Below, one piece after another: positions 48,652 through 60,316 of a stretch of DNA of 64,000 nucleotides. A model generated the notes under the pieces. It was not told where the DNA came from. It made no database searches and saw only the letters and a program-made list of their open reading frames with translations. Each line of letters opens with the position of its first letter. Position 1 is the stretch's first letter. Made by a program: the position numbers and the translations under genes. The stretch is from Perkinsus chesapeaki ATCC PRA-425 (taxonomy: Eukaryota > Protista > Perkinsozoa), in contig JAAPAO010000085.1 in NCBI GenBank assembly GCA_013115145.1, positions 1-64,000 of the forward strand. Reading direction: 5' to 3'.

Positions 48652-49720
48652 TCGCATATTTGGAATGATATATTTCATAGGACGCCAACCTACCCATAAC
48701 AACCTATCTAGCCAATTCTAGTTGGACGGATTTTTCTTATTGCTTTTCCGTATTATTGACCCCATTGCCAGAGCGAAGTGAACATGCATTCCTTGACGGA
48801 ACTGGATTGTCGCTTTTTTGCTTTTGGAAACACACTTCCATTTCACTTGCGCTCAATACTGCAACTGAGGATCAATCTATTAGCTGCGCACATACAAAAG
48901 CTGCTTGACCATATATCTAAGATTTAATATCTTGATGATTTTTCATCTTTTTTTATCGATGAAGACCTTGTTGGGTTAGTCATGACACTTTGAAGTATAC
49001 ACCTTCGGTTAGGATATTGTAGGACACAGCCCCTAGCTCATCCCCAACTCGAGGAGCCGAAATGATGCCCATCGTGTAAGAGCAAATCTGGGAAGCTTGA
49101 AAGGATATCTATATACGAGTCAGACTCCTTGGAGACTTGCAGGCGCCATGGTCCGAATAGTTTCTCAGAGCTTCATTTCGGGGAAAATGCAGCGCAGTAT
49201 TCAATGTGAGCTTATAATGTTGGTCAACTACGGGGTGTATTCGAGAGCCCCTGGTAGAGGTCGAGTGCGTTGCCAAACCATAACGCTAGAACATCACAAT
49301 CCTAACAATAAGCCAAGCATGTATGAAGACATCCACTCTACGACGTTGCGAAGTAGATAACTTCAACTGCTAGCTGAAGGCAAAGGTGGTTCAATATTGT
49401 GAAAATTCGGTTAATCCGATTCACATGCGCCTTCGCAAGCCGCAAACGCTCTTTCACCGCCTAATATAGAGGGGATTTTAATGACTCGTCCCTGGCTTTA
49501 CCGTGACGTTGGTCAATCAATTAGTGTACTGATGTATCGAGTCGGCATGACAACACCGCGATGCACGTTTACTAGACTTGGACTTGTAGACTCCTCCGCG
49601 TTACGGATCGCTCTACCTAGTCGTTTACCAGGCATGCTATTGCTGCGCTATAGTTTATGATACCGTATCATTGGTACGTTCTTTGTCTGCGAGCGACTTT
49701 CAGTGTATCTTCATTATCTA

Positions 49721-50786
49721 GTGCTTCTTCTATCCCACGTCGAAGCCCTCCGTTGTATGATGGTTGAGAGGCTCTGGAAGGAGTGAATGCCTGTCGGTCC
49801 ACTACCAGAGTTGATGAGCGATATTATGGCCTACACTCCTAGACCTACACTGACCTTGGATTGCCCTATGGAAGAGATAGTTCTCAGTATCGAGAAGGAG
49901 CCCCATATGATTTTTCCTGTTGATGGTGAGGTCTACGGCTTGTATATCGAAGAAGACAGGATTCTTTGCAATAGGCTTTACCCGCGCAGAATTAAAGAGA
50001 ACTACGTGGCACAACTATCACGAAAGGGTTTCGCATGGTGGGCTTCTGTTTGTTCTACATGATGTAGACGAACACGAGAATGTCGTTATTTTAACTGATT
50101 ATGATCTCAAAACTGGGACGATCAAGAGACATGAAATGGGCCAACTGATGGACGTGTTTCACTCGGCTATGAAGATGGAAGCCACCGGTTACCATTTAGT
50201 CATTGGCACCAGTTGGGCAGAACCTGGGAAGCTCGATTCAGTTGAGGTTATCTATACAAATATAAACTCTGATGAGGCCACAGTAATCTGGTCTTCCTAT
50301 GACGAGGGCACTAAATTGGATAATCTCTCTGTGGCATCTACTCATCCCTTGGCAGTCGACATTGTGTACTCCACCAACGACTCCAGCAGTCATTCGACGA
50401 CAGTTGTTCTAGAGAGGTCGGCTCCTATAGTACAGTTCAAGCCCAAGTCTTCCCCAATTCGGTTATGGGCGACTATCCGCAAAACCCGGGCGGGTTACGC
50501 AATCCTTGATAAGCGTTTGAAGAGGGTATCACCGGTACTCAACTTACCCGGAAATCCCCATGGGACCCTCTGTGCCACTGACAAGTGTAGTGGAATGTAC
50601 TTCCTCATTAAGCGTAGCACTAAGGGTACAATTAGTCATAGGCTAGTTCGGGCCTTTCCTTACTTGAACTTAGTGTTTTATTCCCTACATAGTCTCGTCA
50701 CCAGACTGAACTTTTCAAGACTCACAGACCTGTGTTCTATTTTACCCTTGGCGCTTCTCTGGCGGATTGCGAGCTATCCTTGTTGA
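49721..50786 (+). pseudogene. F-box-like family pseudogene (type A)
   Basis: Start mutated to GTG (49721), in-frame TGA at 49784-49786 and a frameshift near 49985 between ORFs 49787-50062 and 49920-50786. The family terminal motif HRLVRAFPY is present. Confidence 0.8.
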
Positions 50787-51049
50787 TTCACTGTGACATC
50801 ATTAGTTGAAATGCGCCAAGACGTTTTCATATAAGGAATCGAACTCTAGCCGGGTTTCAGTTACTTCATGTGATGCTCTTCAGAGAACTGTCGCTCATTT
50901 ACAGCAGTTCACTAAGAACTCAATATTACACGAGATGTTTCGGCAAATTCATCTTTGAGAGTCGTACTTACGTATACTCTACTTTTGCTAGTCGTCGAAC
51001 TATGCAAGTACATTATAGCCTCTCACATAGCGCAACTTCCCACTCTGTA

Positions 51050-52002
51050 ATGCTTCTCCCATCCCATGTTGAAGCCCTCCGCTGTATGATGGTTGAGAGG
51101 CTCTGGAAAGATTCGATATCAATCGGTCCACTACCAGAGTTAATGGTTGATATTATGGCCTACACTCCTAAACCTACACTAACCCTGGATTGTCCTATGG
51201 AAGAGATAGTCATTAATATCGACAAGGAGCCAGCTTATATCTTTACCGAAGGCGGCGTAGTCTATGGCGTACGTAATCAAGATAACTGTTTTTCCTGCGA
51301 GAAGCTTTATCCTTTCGGTGGCAGCATCACCCTCGCCCGGACTTCCTCAGGAAGGGGCCAATTCTACTTCGATTCGGTGACTGGTCACTTGTTCATCCTT
51401 CATGATGATAATGGTGTCACTCTCCTGACTACGATATAAAAGCCGGTGTACCTAGGACTTACAAGTTATTACAATTACCGAAGTTATGGGATTCGGTGAA
51501 ATGTATGGTAGCGACAGGTTCTGACATTTTCGTTGGTATGCAGTGGTCTGAACAAGGGCAACCTCCCTCTATCGAAGTCATCCACGCAAACCTTAACGAT
51601 GAAAAGGTCTCTAGAGTAGCTTGGTCTTCATATCGTAAAGGTGCCCAATTGGTTGCCCTTCATATAGCCTCTGGAAAGCCCATAGCATTTGATATTATCT
51701 ACGCTATAGCTAAGCGCAAGCACTCCAGTAGGGTTGTTCTCGAGATGTCTGCTACTCTATTAGGATTCACCACCATCAATACTGCAGTAGGAGTAAGTGC
51801 TATTGTTCGCAAGAGTGGAACGGGTTACGTTCTTCGCGATAGTCTCTATAGGAGAATGTCCGAGCAGTTCAACCTACCTGGCGAGCCAAGTTGCAGCCTG
51901 TGTTCAACAGACAAGTCTGGTGGAATCTACTTTGCCGTTACACGAAGCAGAAACGGTGTAGTTAGCCATAGGCTTGTTCGTGCTTTTCCTTACTTTCACT
52001 AG
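51050..52002 (+). pseudogene. F-box-like family member (type A) with a 1-nt deletion near 51425
   Basis: GVTLL then DYDIKAG is restored by adding one base in CTCCTGAC. ORFs 50870-51439 and 51496-52002 differ by one frame. Ends HRLVRAFPYFH. Confidence 0.8.
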
Positions 52003-52526
52003 GTAGTTATCACTTACATACGTGATAACCGTTCTCAGCTCGATATATTTCATCATTGGCAGCAGGATTGTGTTAAATACATTGACTGACTTTGTCCGTT
52101 TGTATTCGGCGGTGAAGGCGGGGTGACCCCTCGTCTCGTGCCAAATACCTCATAGAGGCACCCACTGTGAGTTGAAAGGCCTTGTGAACCAGATACCTCC
52201 CGAAAGGTGGTTCAATACTATGGTAATTCACATACAACCTCGCAAACTGTGGATCATGAGATTTCAGTACCTCTTTTTCACCATTCTGGATTGTTGCGCA
52301 TAATCATCCATCGCTTTACCCTGTCTAATCAATCAGCAGTATATTCTAGTATTGAATGAGCGAGCGACATGAATCACGGTGGGCCCTCACTAAAACCGAG
52401 TTTTCATTGTTGATTATCGCGAACTAAACGCAGCAATAAGTAGTTCAACAGGCGCGCTATTATTGTGTTGCAGTTGATGTTGCATTGCTCACCTGCGAAT
52501 GGATTTCAGTGCACCTTCATTCTCTA

Positions 52527-53513
52527 ATGCTTTTTCCATCCCACGTCGAGGCCCTCCGTTGTATGATGGTTGAGAGGCTCTGGAAGGAGTCGGTGCGTAC
52601 TGGTCCACTACCAGAGTTAATGGTTGATATTATGGCCTTCACTCCTAAACCTACACTAACCTTGGATTGCCCTATGGAAGAGACTATACTAGATATCAAA
52701 AACGAGCCTGACTATATCTTGGTTAGGAAAGACGTCGTTTATGGTATATTTAAGTATACTTCTTCTGTCATGATTGAACAGTTATACCCTGCTGGTATGA
52801 GAAGCGAAATAATATGTAAACCTTCAACTTCCCTGCCCGACTACATCTACTACTATTGCCCCCAGTCTGCTCATCTTTTCCTACTCTCCTGTCACGGCTT
52901 TCTCATCGACTTCGATATTGATGCTACCAAGGTCCACGCAACGTTTGAGATTCAGCAGCTGTGTTCTGGTGGAATGTCGCCGAAGCATATGGTTGTCATA
53001 GGGGACAATCTCTTTGTTGTGGTGTTTGGATCTACAGGAGCCGAAGTTCGGTACACGAGACTGTCCGATCCTATGCGGGTCATAGTCGCACATTCCTTAC
53101 CCTCGGTTGATGACAGTTCTGAGATTTTGTCACTGAACCCAATTTCTGCTAGTCCCTTAGAAGTGTCCGTTTGGTTGAATACGCGTGGGGACATATTTGT
53201 CTGTATCCTGAGGATGATTCGCCAGGAATCTCCTATATTGTTCGCGGAGATGGGGTTCTCGAGTCATCCTGGAACAGGAACTCTCCCTAAGACTGCGTTG
53301 GTCGCCGGATCGGGTGTTCACCGTATCCCTGGTAAAGATGGCGGATACTGTTTGAGGAATAATAAAGGGAAGCTGCTGTTTCGGAGCCCTGATAAGACTA
53401 ATCCCCCGGTACTCGAACACCGTGCAGCATCTGACGGTGCTGGAGATATATATTTTCTGTCCAACAAAGGCGATTGCTACAGGCTTCTCAGAGCATCACC
53501 TTACCTTCGCTAA
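52527..53513 (+). CDS. F-box-like family member (type A), intact, intronless
   Basis: MLFPSHVEALRCMMVERLWKESVRTGPLPELMVDIMAFTPKPTLTLDCPMEET..., ends YRLLRASPYLR. Confidence 0.85.
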   Translation: MLFPSHVEALRCMMVERLWKESVRTGPLPELMVDIMAFTPKPTLTLDCPMEETILDIKNEPDYILVRKDVVYGIFKYTSSVMIEQLYPAGMRSEIICKPSTSLPDYIYYYCPQSAHLFLLSCHGFLIDFDIDATKVHATFEIQQLCSGGMSPKHMVVIGDNLFVVVFGSTGAEVRYTRLSDPMRVIVAHSLPSVDDSSEILSLNPISASPLEVSVWLNTRGDIFVCILRMIRQESPILFAEMGFSSHPGTGTLPKTALVAGSGVHRIPGKDGGYCLRNNKGKLLFRSPDKTNPPVLEHRAASDGAGDIYFLSNKGDCYRLLRASPYLR

Positions 53514-53768
53514 TACCGGCCTATCAAAAAGGGGGGACTGGCTGCTGGCCGTGATATGACTCGTCTGTTCGCTTTCACTAATTTCACATTTCGAAACTTT
53601 TCTGTTGAGTTATGCAGAATTATTCTCCAACGAGAGTAGTTTTCACGTACCATTTGCCACGAATGGGCACGAATGGTCACGAGTTTTGCTCCATATACTC
53701 CGTTTCTTTTGCCGCAAGATGCTAGAGGAAACAGGATACTTGTGTGCGACTTTTCACAGTGTTTCACA

Positions 53769-54806
53769 ATGATCCATCCATCCGAGGTTCAAGCTCTCCG
53801 CTGTCAGATGATGACGAAGCTCTGGAATAAATATTCCTCCCTCGAACCAATGCTGGTGTTGTTGGGTGAGATCCTCGCGTACGTCCCTCCACATGTACTC
53901 ACCTTAAACTGCCCCATGGAGGAGATAGTTCTAGGTATCGAGAGGGAACCTGAATTTATCTTTGTCTATGCTGACATTGTCTATGGTATATTTGTTGGAA
54001 AGGACACCATAAACCTTAGAATCATACATCCTTGGCAGAAGGACGTGAAACTTGCCAAGTCGGTAGCTGGAACAGCTCAATTCTACTACGACCTCAGCAC
54101 TTGCCACCTCTTTGTACTACACGATGATGGTACTTATCCCTGCGGTGGTGCCTCTCTGTTGGATTATGATGTAAAGGCTGGTGTTATTCATAAGAGTTAC
54201 AGACTTCCGGGTCTGTATTTCTTCTCAGCGTCGAGTTCGATTAAGCTGGCTGTATTAGGTGGACATCTCTTCATCCTTGTGAGTTGGTTCAAACACTTAG
54301 AGCTTTTCCATCGCCATTTGGACTCCTCCCAAGATCTTGCTCTAATCTGGTCAACATATGACGTTATTCAGGAGTCATTCAACTACCACTTGACCGTCGT
54401 CTCTCACACGCCGATCATACTGAGAGTCCACTACGAGACGATAGAGGGCTTCGTGATGACTACACTCCAACGATCGCTTCTATCGTTTGCTTACACACCA
54501 AAGACGGTAGTAGTCCTCCCCGAGGACTCATATCCCTTCAATCCGATTCAGGGTTCTACATTTTGCCGTTACGGTAGCGATGATAGTTTTAAACTCTGGG
54601 ATTGCAAGGTTAGAAGTCGACCACCAGAGGACGACGAAGGTGAAGATGGGCTCGAATACCATGGGTTACTATTTGATTGTCCCGCAGCGACCGACGGCTC
54701 GGGCAAGATATATTATGTCTTCGGAAAGCGTGTTGAAGTAGACAACAATGTCTATAAGCAATCAACTAGGTTAATTCGTGCTTATACATATTTAAAGAAC
54801 GAGTAA
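53769..54806 (+). CDS. F-box-like family member (type B), intact, intronless
   Basis: MIHPSEVQALRCQMMTKLWNKYSSLEPMLVLLGEILAYVPPHVLTLNCPMEEIVL..., ends TRLIRAYTYLKNE. Confidence 0.85.
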   Translation: MIHPSEVQALRCQMMTKLWNKYSSLEPMLVLLGEILAYVPPHVLTLNCPMEEIVLGIEREPEFIFVYADIVYGIFVGKDTINLRIIHPWQKDVKLAKSVAGTAQFYYDLSTCHLFVLHDDGTYPCGGASLLDYDVKAGVIHKSYRLPGLYFFSASSSIKLAVLGGHLFILVSWFKHLELFHRHLDSSQDLALIWSTYDVIQESFNYHLTVVSHTPIILRVHYETIEGFVMTTLQRSLLSFAYTPKTVVVLPEDSYPFNPIQGSTFCRYGSDDSFKLWDCKVRSRPPEDDEGEDGLEYHGLLFDCPAATDGSGKIYYVFGKRVEVDNNVYKQSTRLIRAYTYLKNE

Positions 54807-55389
54807 GTGTATGTAATGTTCCGGGTCTAGAGTTTCTGACCTTAATGGATCCTTGAGTTTAGTGAGTCTCTGTATTGTGTTTTGTACCTTTGTGTGTGTG
54901 AGAATGGGGCTGTGTTAAGCCCCGAACTTCCTCAGAGAATTGAAAATGAAAACATGCTTGTTAGTGCCGAAAGATATGCAACCTTTCTTGACCAGCGTCA
55001 CGTTGACGTGTTTCATTGTGATATGTCAAGGTTCAATTTGAATGGATTGCAAGAGATTGACACTCTACAAGTAAACGAGAACAGCAGTCTACGAGGGACA
55101 ACAACAACAACGGATGACACAATATGAATTTCATTTCCTCATTAAACACTTCTGTTTAGCGAATTCTCCAGCCTGAAGGATTCGAAGTAATGGAGCAACT
55201 TCAGAGGAATCTCACAATTTCGGTTATAGCATTCCGTTTAAAGTGATGTTCTTTATCGCATTTAACCGCTGCTCGTCTGAGCTGTTTGGAATCGAAGTAG
55301 CTATCAGCGTAAAGAGACATGAGACGGGCTCGCCCGTGACGGTATCTACACGTAAACAATCCTCTCAACCTGCACAGGACTGCACAGCC

Positions 55390-56009
55390 TCACTTTGATT
55401 TTGGTAGTATAGGATCCAATAAAATGTATTGTACGTTATCTCTACTAGCAAAATTGGGAAAGGCGGCTGTAATGCCAACCTTTGTTACCGAAGAACTGGA
55501 TCTCAACGAACAGACAGACTTCACTTTTGAAGGGCATGTTGAGCCCACACAAGACCCAACAGGTTCAGTTAAAACAACACTTGACAATTCTTCATCAATA
55601 ACTGTGCCTTCTTGACAACTCTTCACGTCCGCTGCAGTATGCTGGTGATGCAATGAAGGAGTTGATTTTGATCTCCACCGCCAATAAGATGATATCTACA
55701 AATAAATGATATCCTCCTCTGTGATACTGAAGCCTTACTTGTTCACATGCATGCCCATAATCGGAATACATCTTCTCAAGCGGAGGACCATCCAACCCGA
55801 CGGGCCTTTGACAACCGTCCATCCAGTAGAATCGGTGGTGTTCCGTACAAGGGTGTACATCAAGCGGTGCCTGATGGGAGGGTCAATCTTTACCTCATAA
55901 GCTGCCCTACATGGACAATCCTCTTCATCTTCCTCATATGATCATCGGGCTCTCTTGGCGGTCTCGATGATGTTATCGTTGTAGCCAGCGATGTTGTAGA
56001 TTGAGGCAT
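55390..56009 (-). CDS. Possible small hypothetical multi-exon protein
   Basis: An ATG at 56009 and candidate GT-AG introns link MPQSTTSL...MKRIVHVGQLM to ...ISSYWRWRSKSTPS...LLDPILPKSK. No recognisable domain. Confidence 0.35.
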
Positions 56010-56067
56010 GAGCACCAATACAACTAAAACAGTATCCAAACCACTCCTTTTTATTATTTAACACGAT

Positions 56068-59000
56068 TTAACTTATAATGCAAAGCAGCACGGCTATCAA
56101 GGAACACACCACAACTTGCATGCTCACTGTGAGCAGCTCACAACACTGTCGGCGGTTCATCTACAATATCTTCGATCTCGAGGGTCTGATCCTGTAATGC
56201 TGCTGGCTGGCCATTCGCGGCATTCGCTAACACTCCGCGAATATCTGTTTGGTACGGTTCCGGCAATACACTCATGATGACCCACCTTCAACAGCACAAT
56301 AGTCGGCGGGTCGTTTACCTTGATGATCGGTTATATCAACTTTTGCACCATGTCTGATGAGCGCTTTAACTACTTCACTGTTTCCTGCCTTGCAATGAAC
56401 CTGTGTACATGGGCAATGCTGAGTTATTATCTCTACCGTTGAGGTACATGTAGTGGTGTTCTTTCATCTCCTTCTGTTGGTGAGTTAAGGTCTGCATTCA
56501 CTTCAACAAGTGCATCAACAACAGCTGCAGTTGAGGCAACATGAAGGCATGTTATACCACAATTCATTTTATTGCGAAATCTCGCTGCTGGAGGGTGCCA
56601 TTCTCCAATAGCAGCCACCTGATGAAGGGGGTAATGCTGGACTTGCTACCAGCCACCTACAAGCTTGTCTAGCCCATTCCTTGCTGCAACAGCCATCGCT
56701 GTTAAACCAGCATTATCTTCGGCATTGATCGGCACTCCACGTCTAAATACAACAACATATTACATCTGAGTAAGGAACACCTTTACCTCATAAGTAGTTT
56801 GGCAACCTCTACACTAGTACTCTGGTCGAATAACTGTGAGGCAGGTGTGGCACAAAGTGTATGTAGAGGAGTGAACCCTCGGTAACTGGTGTCAATAACA
56901 TGTAGAGTAATAATAAGCTGATGTTACTCCGTAGCAGAGACAATAGCCTTATGATCGAGTAGCAGCTTCACAGCAGCTATCGGATCCTCTTCTGGGCCAT
57001 CTGGAAATGTTACTCGAGGGGGGCGGTAGTTAACAGCCCTACAACATTCAGAGTTTCAAAAGCCTCAAGTGATGCATGATAGGCCTTACCGGACTGCAAG
57101 ATGGAGTGGTGCCCTCCCTGATGAATCACATGCAGTTACTCTCGCACCATGGGTTAATAATGTACTCATAACAGTAACTCGACATCCACATAAATGAAGG
57201 GGTGTCACCTTACTCATACGACTTGGTAAATTAACCTTACAACCATCCTTATAACAACCAATAGCAGAATGAGACTACATCAGCTTTGGTGTTGATGAGA
57301 TACTCTACCAAATGTTGAGCTCCCTGCAGAGTGGTCTTTGGTACACTCCTTTTAAAACATTCCCTAAATAACTAATATCTTTATAACACCTACTACTCTA
57401 TCCCTACCGTGCAATGCCTCCAATAGAACTGATGGTACAGAGCAGATGAAGAGGAGTAAAGCCAGCACCATCCATTCTATTAACCAACTCCCTCCTTGTT
57501 TCCTCATCTTTGCCTATATTACCCTATCCAACAGTCCACCCGTCTCCTCTCTCACCTTTGGTTAAAGCTTCCACCATCTCTTCTAAGAGCCATCTCCCCA
57601 ATCCTGGACTGATGAAAGTTTGGTCCATGAGGAGCCAAAATAGTGGAGAGTCTCCTCTAGTATCCCGACAATCGATAGGGTTAATGATGGCAGCAGACTG
57701 AATGATAGTATACATGATGAGCAGTTGTCGCATTTACCTTTCGTCGACCGACGCCAAGCAGTATCCTAACCATTTCTAACCTTCCCATTTTAATAGCATA
57801 CTTTAGAAACATAGAACAATCCATTCCCTACAATAGGAACTTCTAATACTCCTTAATGAGGACATGATAACTCACATCAAATGAGTGTAGACCACATCCA
57901 GCTACCTCAATGAGCGCTCTACTCAACCTGGTGTGCCCAGCTGTAATCTAATAGACTATCCCATTAATAGGTCTTTAATAATTATTAATACCGCCAAACT
58001 GAGGATGCTCAACCCAACCGCCGCCGATTGTCTTTCCTCTGATTCCTCTATTCCACCAATAATCGTCTTACGCATAACTTTCACCGTGGTGGTGGTATCC
58101 CTCCTCATAGTCATTATCGGTATACCAGTAAAGTGACAGCCTCCTCGATAAAGGCAACGACACATACTCTTTAAATCATCAAATACAGCACCACCAGCGT
58201 CATCAGCACTTCCCTGAGCATCGGAGCTTCCCCTCACTTCATTGTAGAAGTGTCCATGAACCGATGCCTTCATTCTACACCGAGTGCTGACGTCAGTATT
58301 GAGATAATGTAAACTATTCACATCTCTATCGACTGGATGACCATCTCCTATCACAAAGTGTTACCCAATTATCTCCTTTAACCTACTCTTGAAGTAATGG
58401 TAAGTACTGCATTCCCCAAAGCTTTCGTAGTCCTCCAATGAATCGGCTAAGTTTAACTGGAATAGAGTGACTATAATAAACCATAACCCCTTGGCTCACT
58501 AAGAAGTGTGCAGGTGGAGCGTAGACTGCTGGAGTGACAATCCCCTCCTCTTCAATTGATTCAGTACTCCATTGGCCTACAACTGTTGCTGCCTTCCACA
58601 ATGGGGTGTTACGTGGTACAAGACACAATGCGTTGGTATCACACTGAAGATGAGGCAGCAGTGCAGCGGCGGTGATGATGATGATGAATGGGTCAATGTG
58701 ATAGGTTAGTAGTACCAAGTTATTATTGAGTATAAATTGAACAACACTCGTCTTTCCATCTGCTATAGCATAGCTCAAATGAGCAGGCAGCTCTTCCTCA
58801 GCAAACTGCCTGCTCATCCTTCCACCAAACCTAATCGACCCTATGCATCATAAACATCATTACTACCATCTATACTACCTCCAAAGTATTTCACCAACTA
58901 TAATATTGCCTTTATCAATTGCCACATCCAACGGTGTCCTTCCTTGATTATCAATATCATTGAGGAGTTTAGCGACCTCTGGTCTAAGTGAAGGCCCACC

Positions 59001-60261
59001 ATTGGTCAAACTTGGCTTAATATGCCATCTATTCTGCTCGAGTAATATTTGCAACAGTCCTGTGGGTTGAGCAGCTGCTGCAGAGGCCAATAGGCTGCTA
59101 CATTTATGCATCAACCCAAACCCCCCATCAACCTGAGGGGGATCTCATCATCACCAACTACTTATACATCACTACATTGCTAACCTCATCTAGCTCTGCA
59201 ATATACGGTAAATCATACCGTCTTTGCTTCATTGCCAAATGGACCTATAAACCCCATAGAGTGAGCCCCCCCCCAGCCCAGAGGTGTATACCTGTGTTGG
59301 ATAGGCATTAATAAATGCTCTATCACTACAATGATGGTAGATAACATCCCATGCCATACATGCCTTTATTAATGGACCCTCTTTATCCACCATCTCTGAC
59401 ATATTCTTAATCCTCCACATTATTTTATCATATGTTGTTGGATCCTTCCTTGGTAACTTAATCCCCAATATGGCGGTGTGCAAATCATACCCCCTAAAAC
59501 CGTCAATAATCCCTTAACACCCAACCAATCAACTACTACATAATCCTTCCTTTTATTTCACTAGCAACCATTGCTGCCTCTTTCATGCCTCTTTCATTAG
59601 GCCCACCTATAATAAGTGTAACCTTGACCCATCCTCCTTTGTTAATGTATCGATTATATACTAAAGATGGCAGCAGCTGATGATGATAACCAATAGCAGT
59701 GTGCCCTGCCTTTGGCCGCAGAACACCACCTGCACCACCACCAGCATATGCAGCAGCCTGCATCCTGTATAAGATTATGATGGCCTATATCACCTCTATT
59801 AACACCAACGACATGACTACGACTTCGCCCTAACTGCCTGACCTCTACTGGTAGTAGCAGATCTCCTGTCTTCTCTCCAAGTGAATCTTAAGATAATCCA
59901 ATAATATTTTATTAGTATCTCCCACTGGTTCTACTCTTCGTTAATAGCTGCCTTAGTTCATCTATAACATTACCAGCTATCCCCGCATTACCGATACACT
60001 GTTGCCCCATATCCACTGACATACGCTTAACCACAGCAGGTCCAAGGACCTATAAGACGCTGCTGCCCTTTATTGCTTCCCATATGAGCTCACCAGTGAA
60101 TGTCCTCCCTCTACATGTCGGTGATATGAGCCAACATCGATAACTATAAGCTTCGAGGATGAGGGCTGTAGTTGGTGTTGTCGATGGTGTATGGTGGTGA
60201 ATGCTATCAGTAGGTCTTCATTATACCTTAATGGTTATCATTATATTAATATTGCAACTTG

Positions 60262-60316
<55 letters not shown>

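Noticed and set aside
50870-51049. Extended N-termini of the ORF-track calls at 50870, 52485, 53673 and 12740
   Set aside because: Paralog alignment places the true starts at 51050, 52527, 53769 and 12701. The upstream extensions are not conserved.
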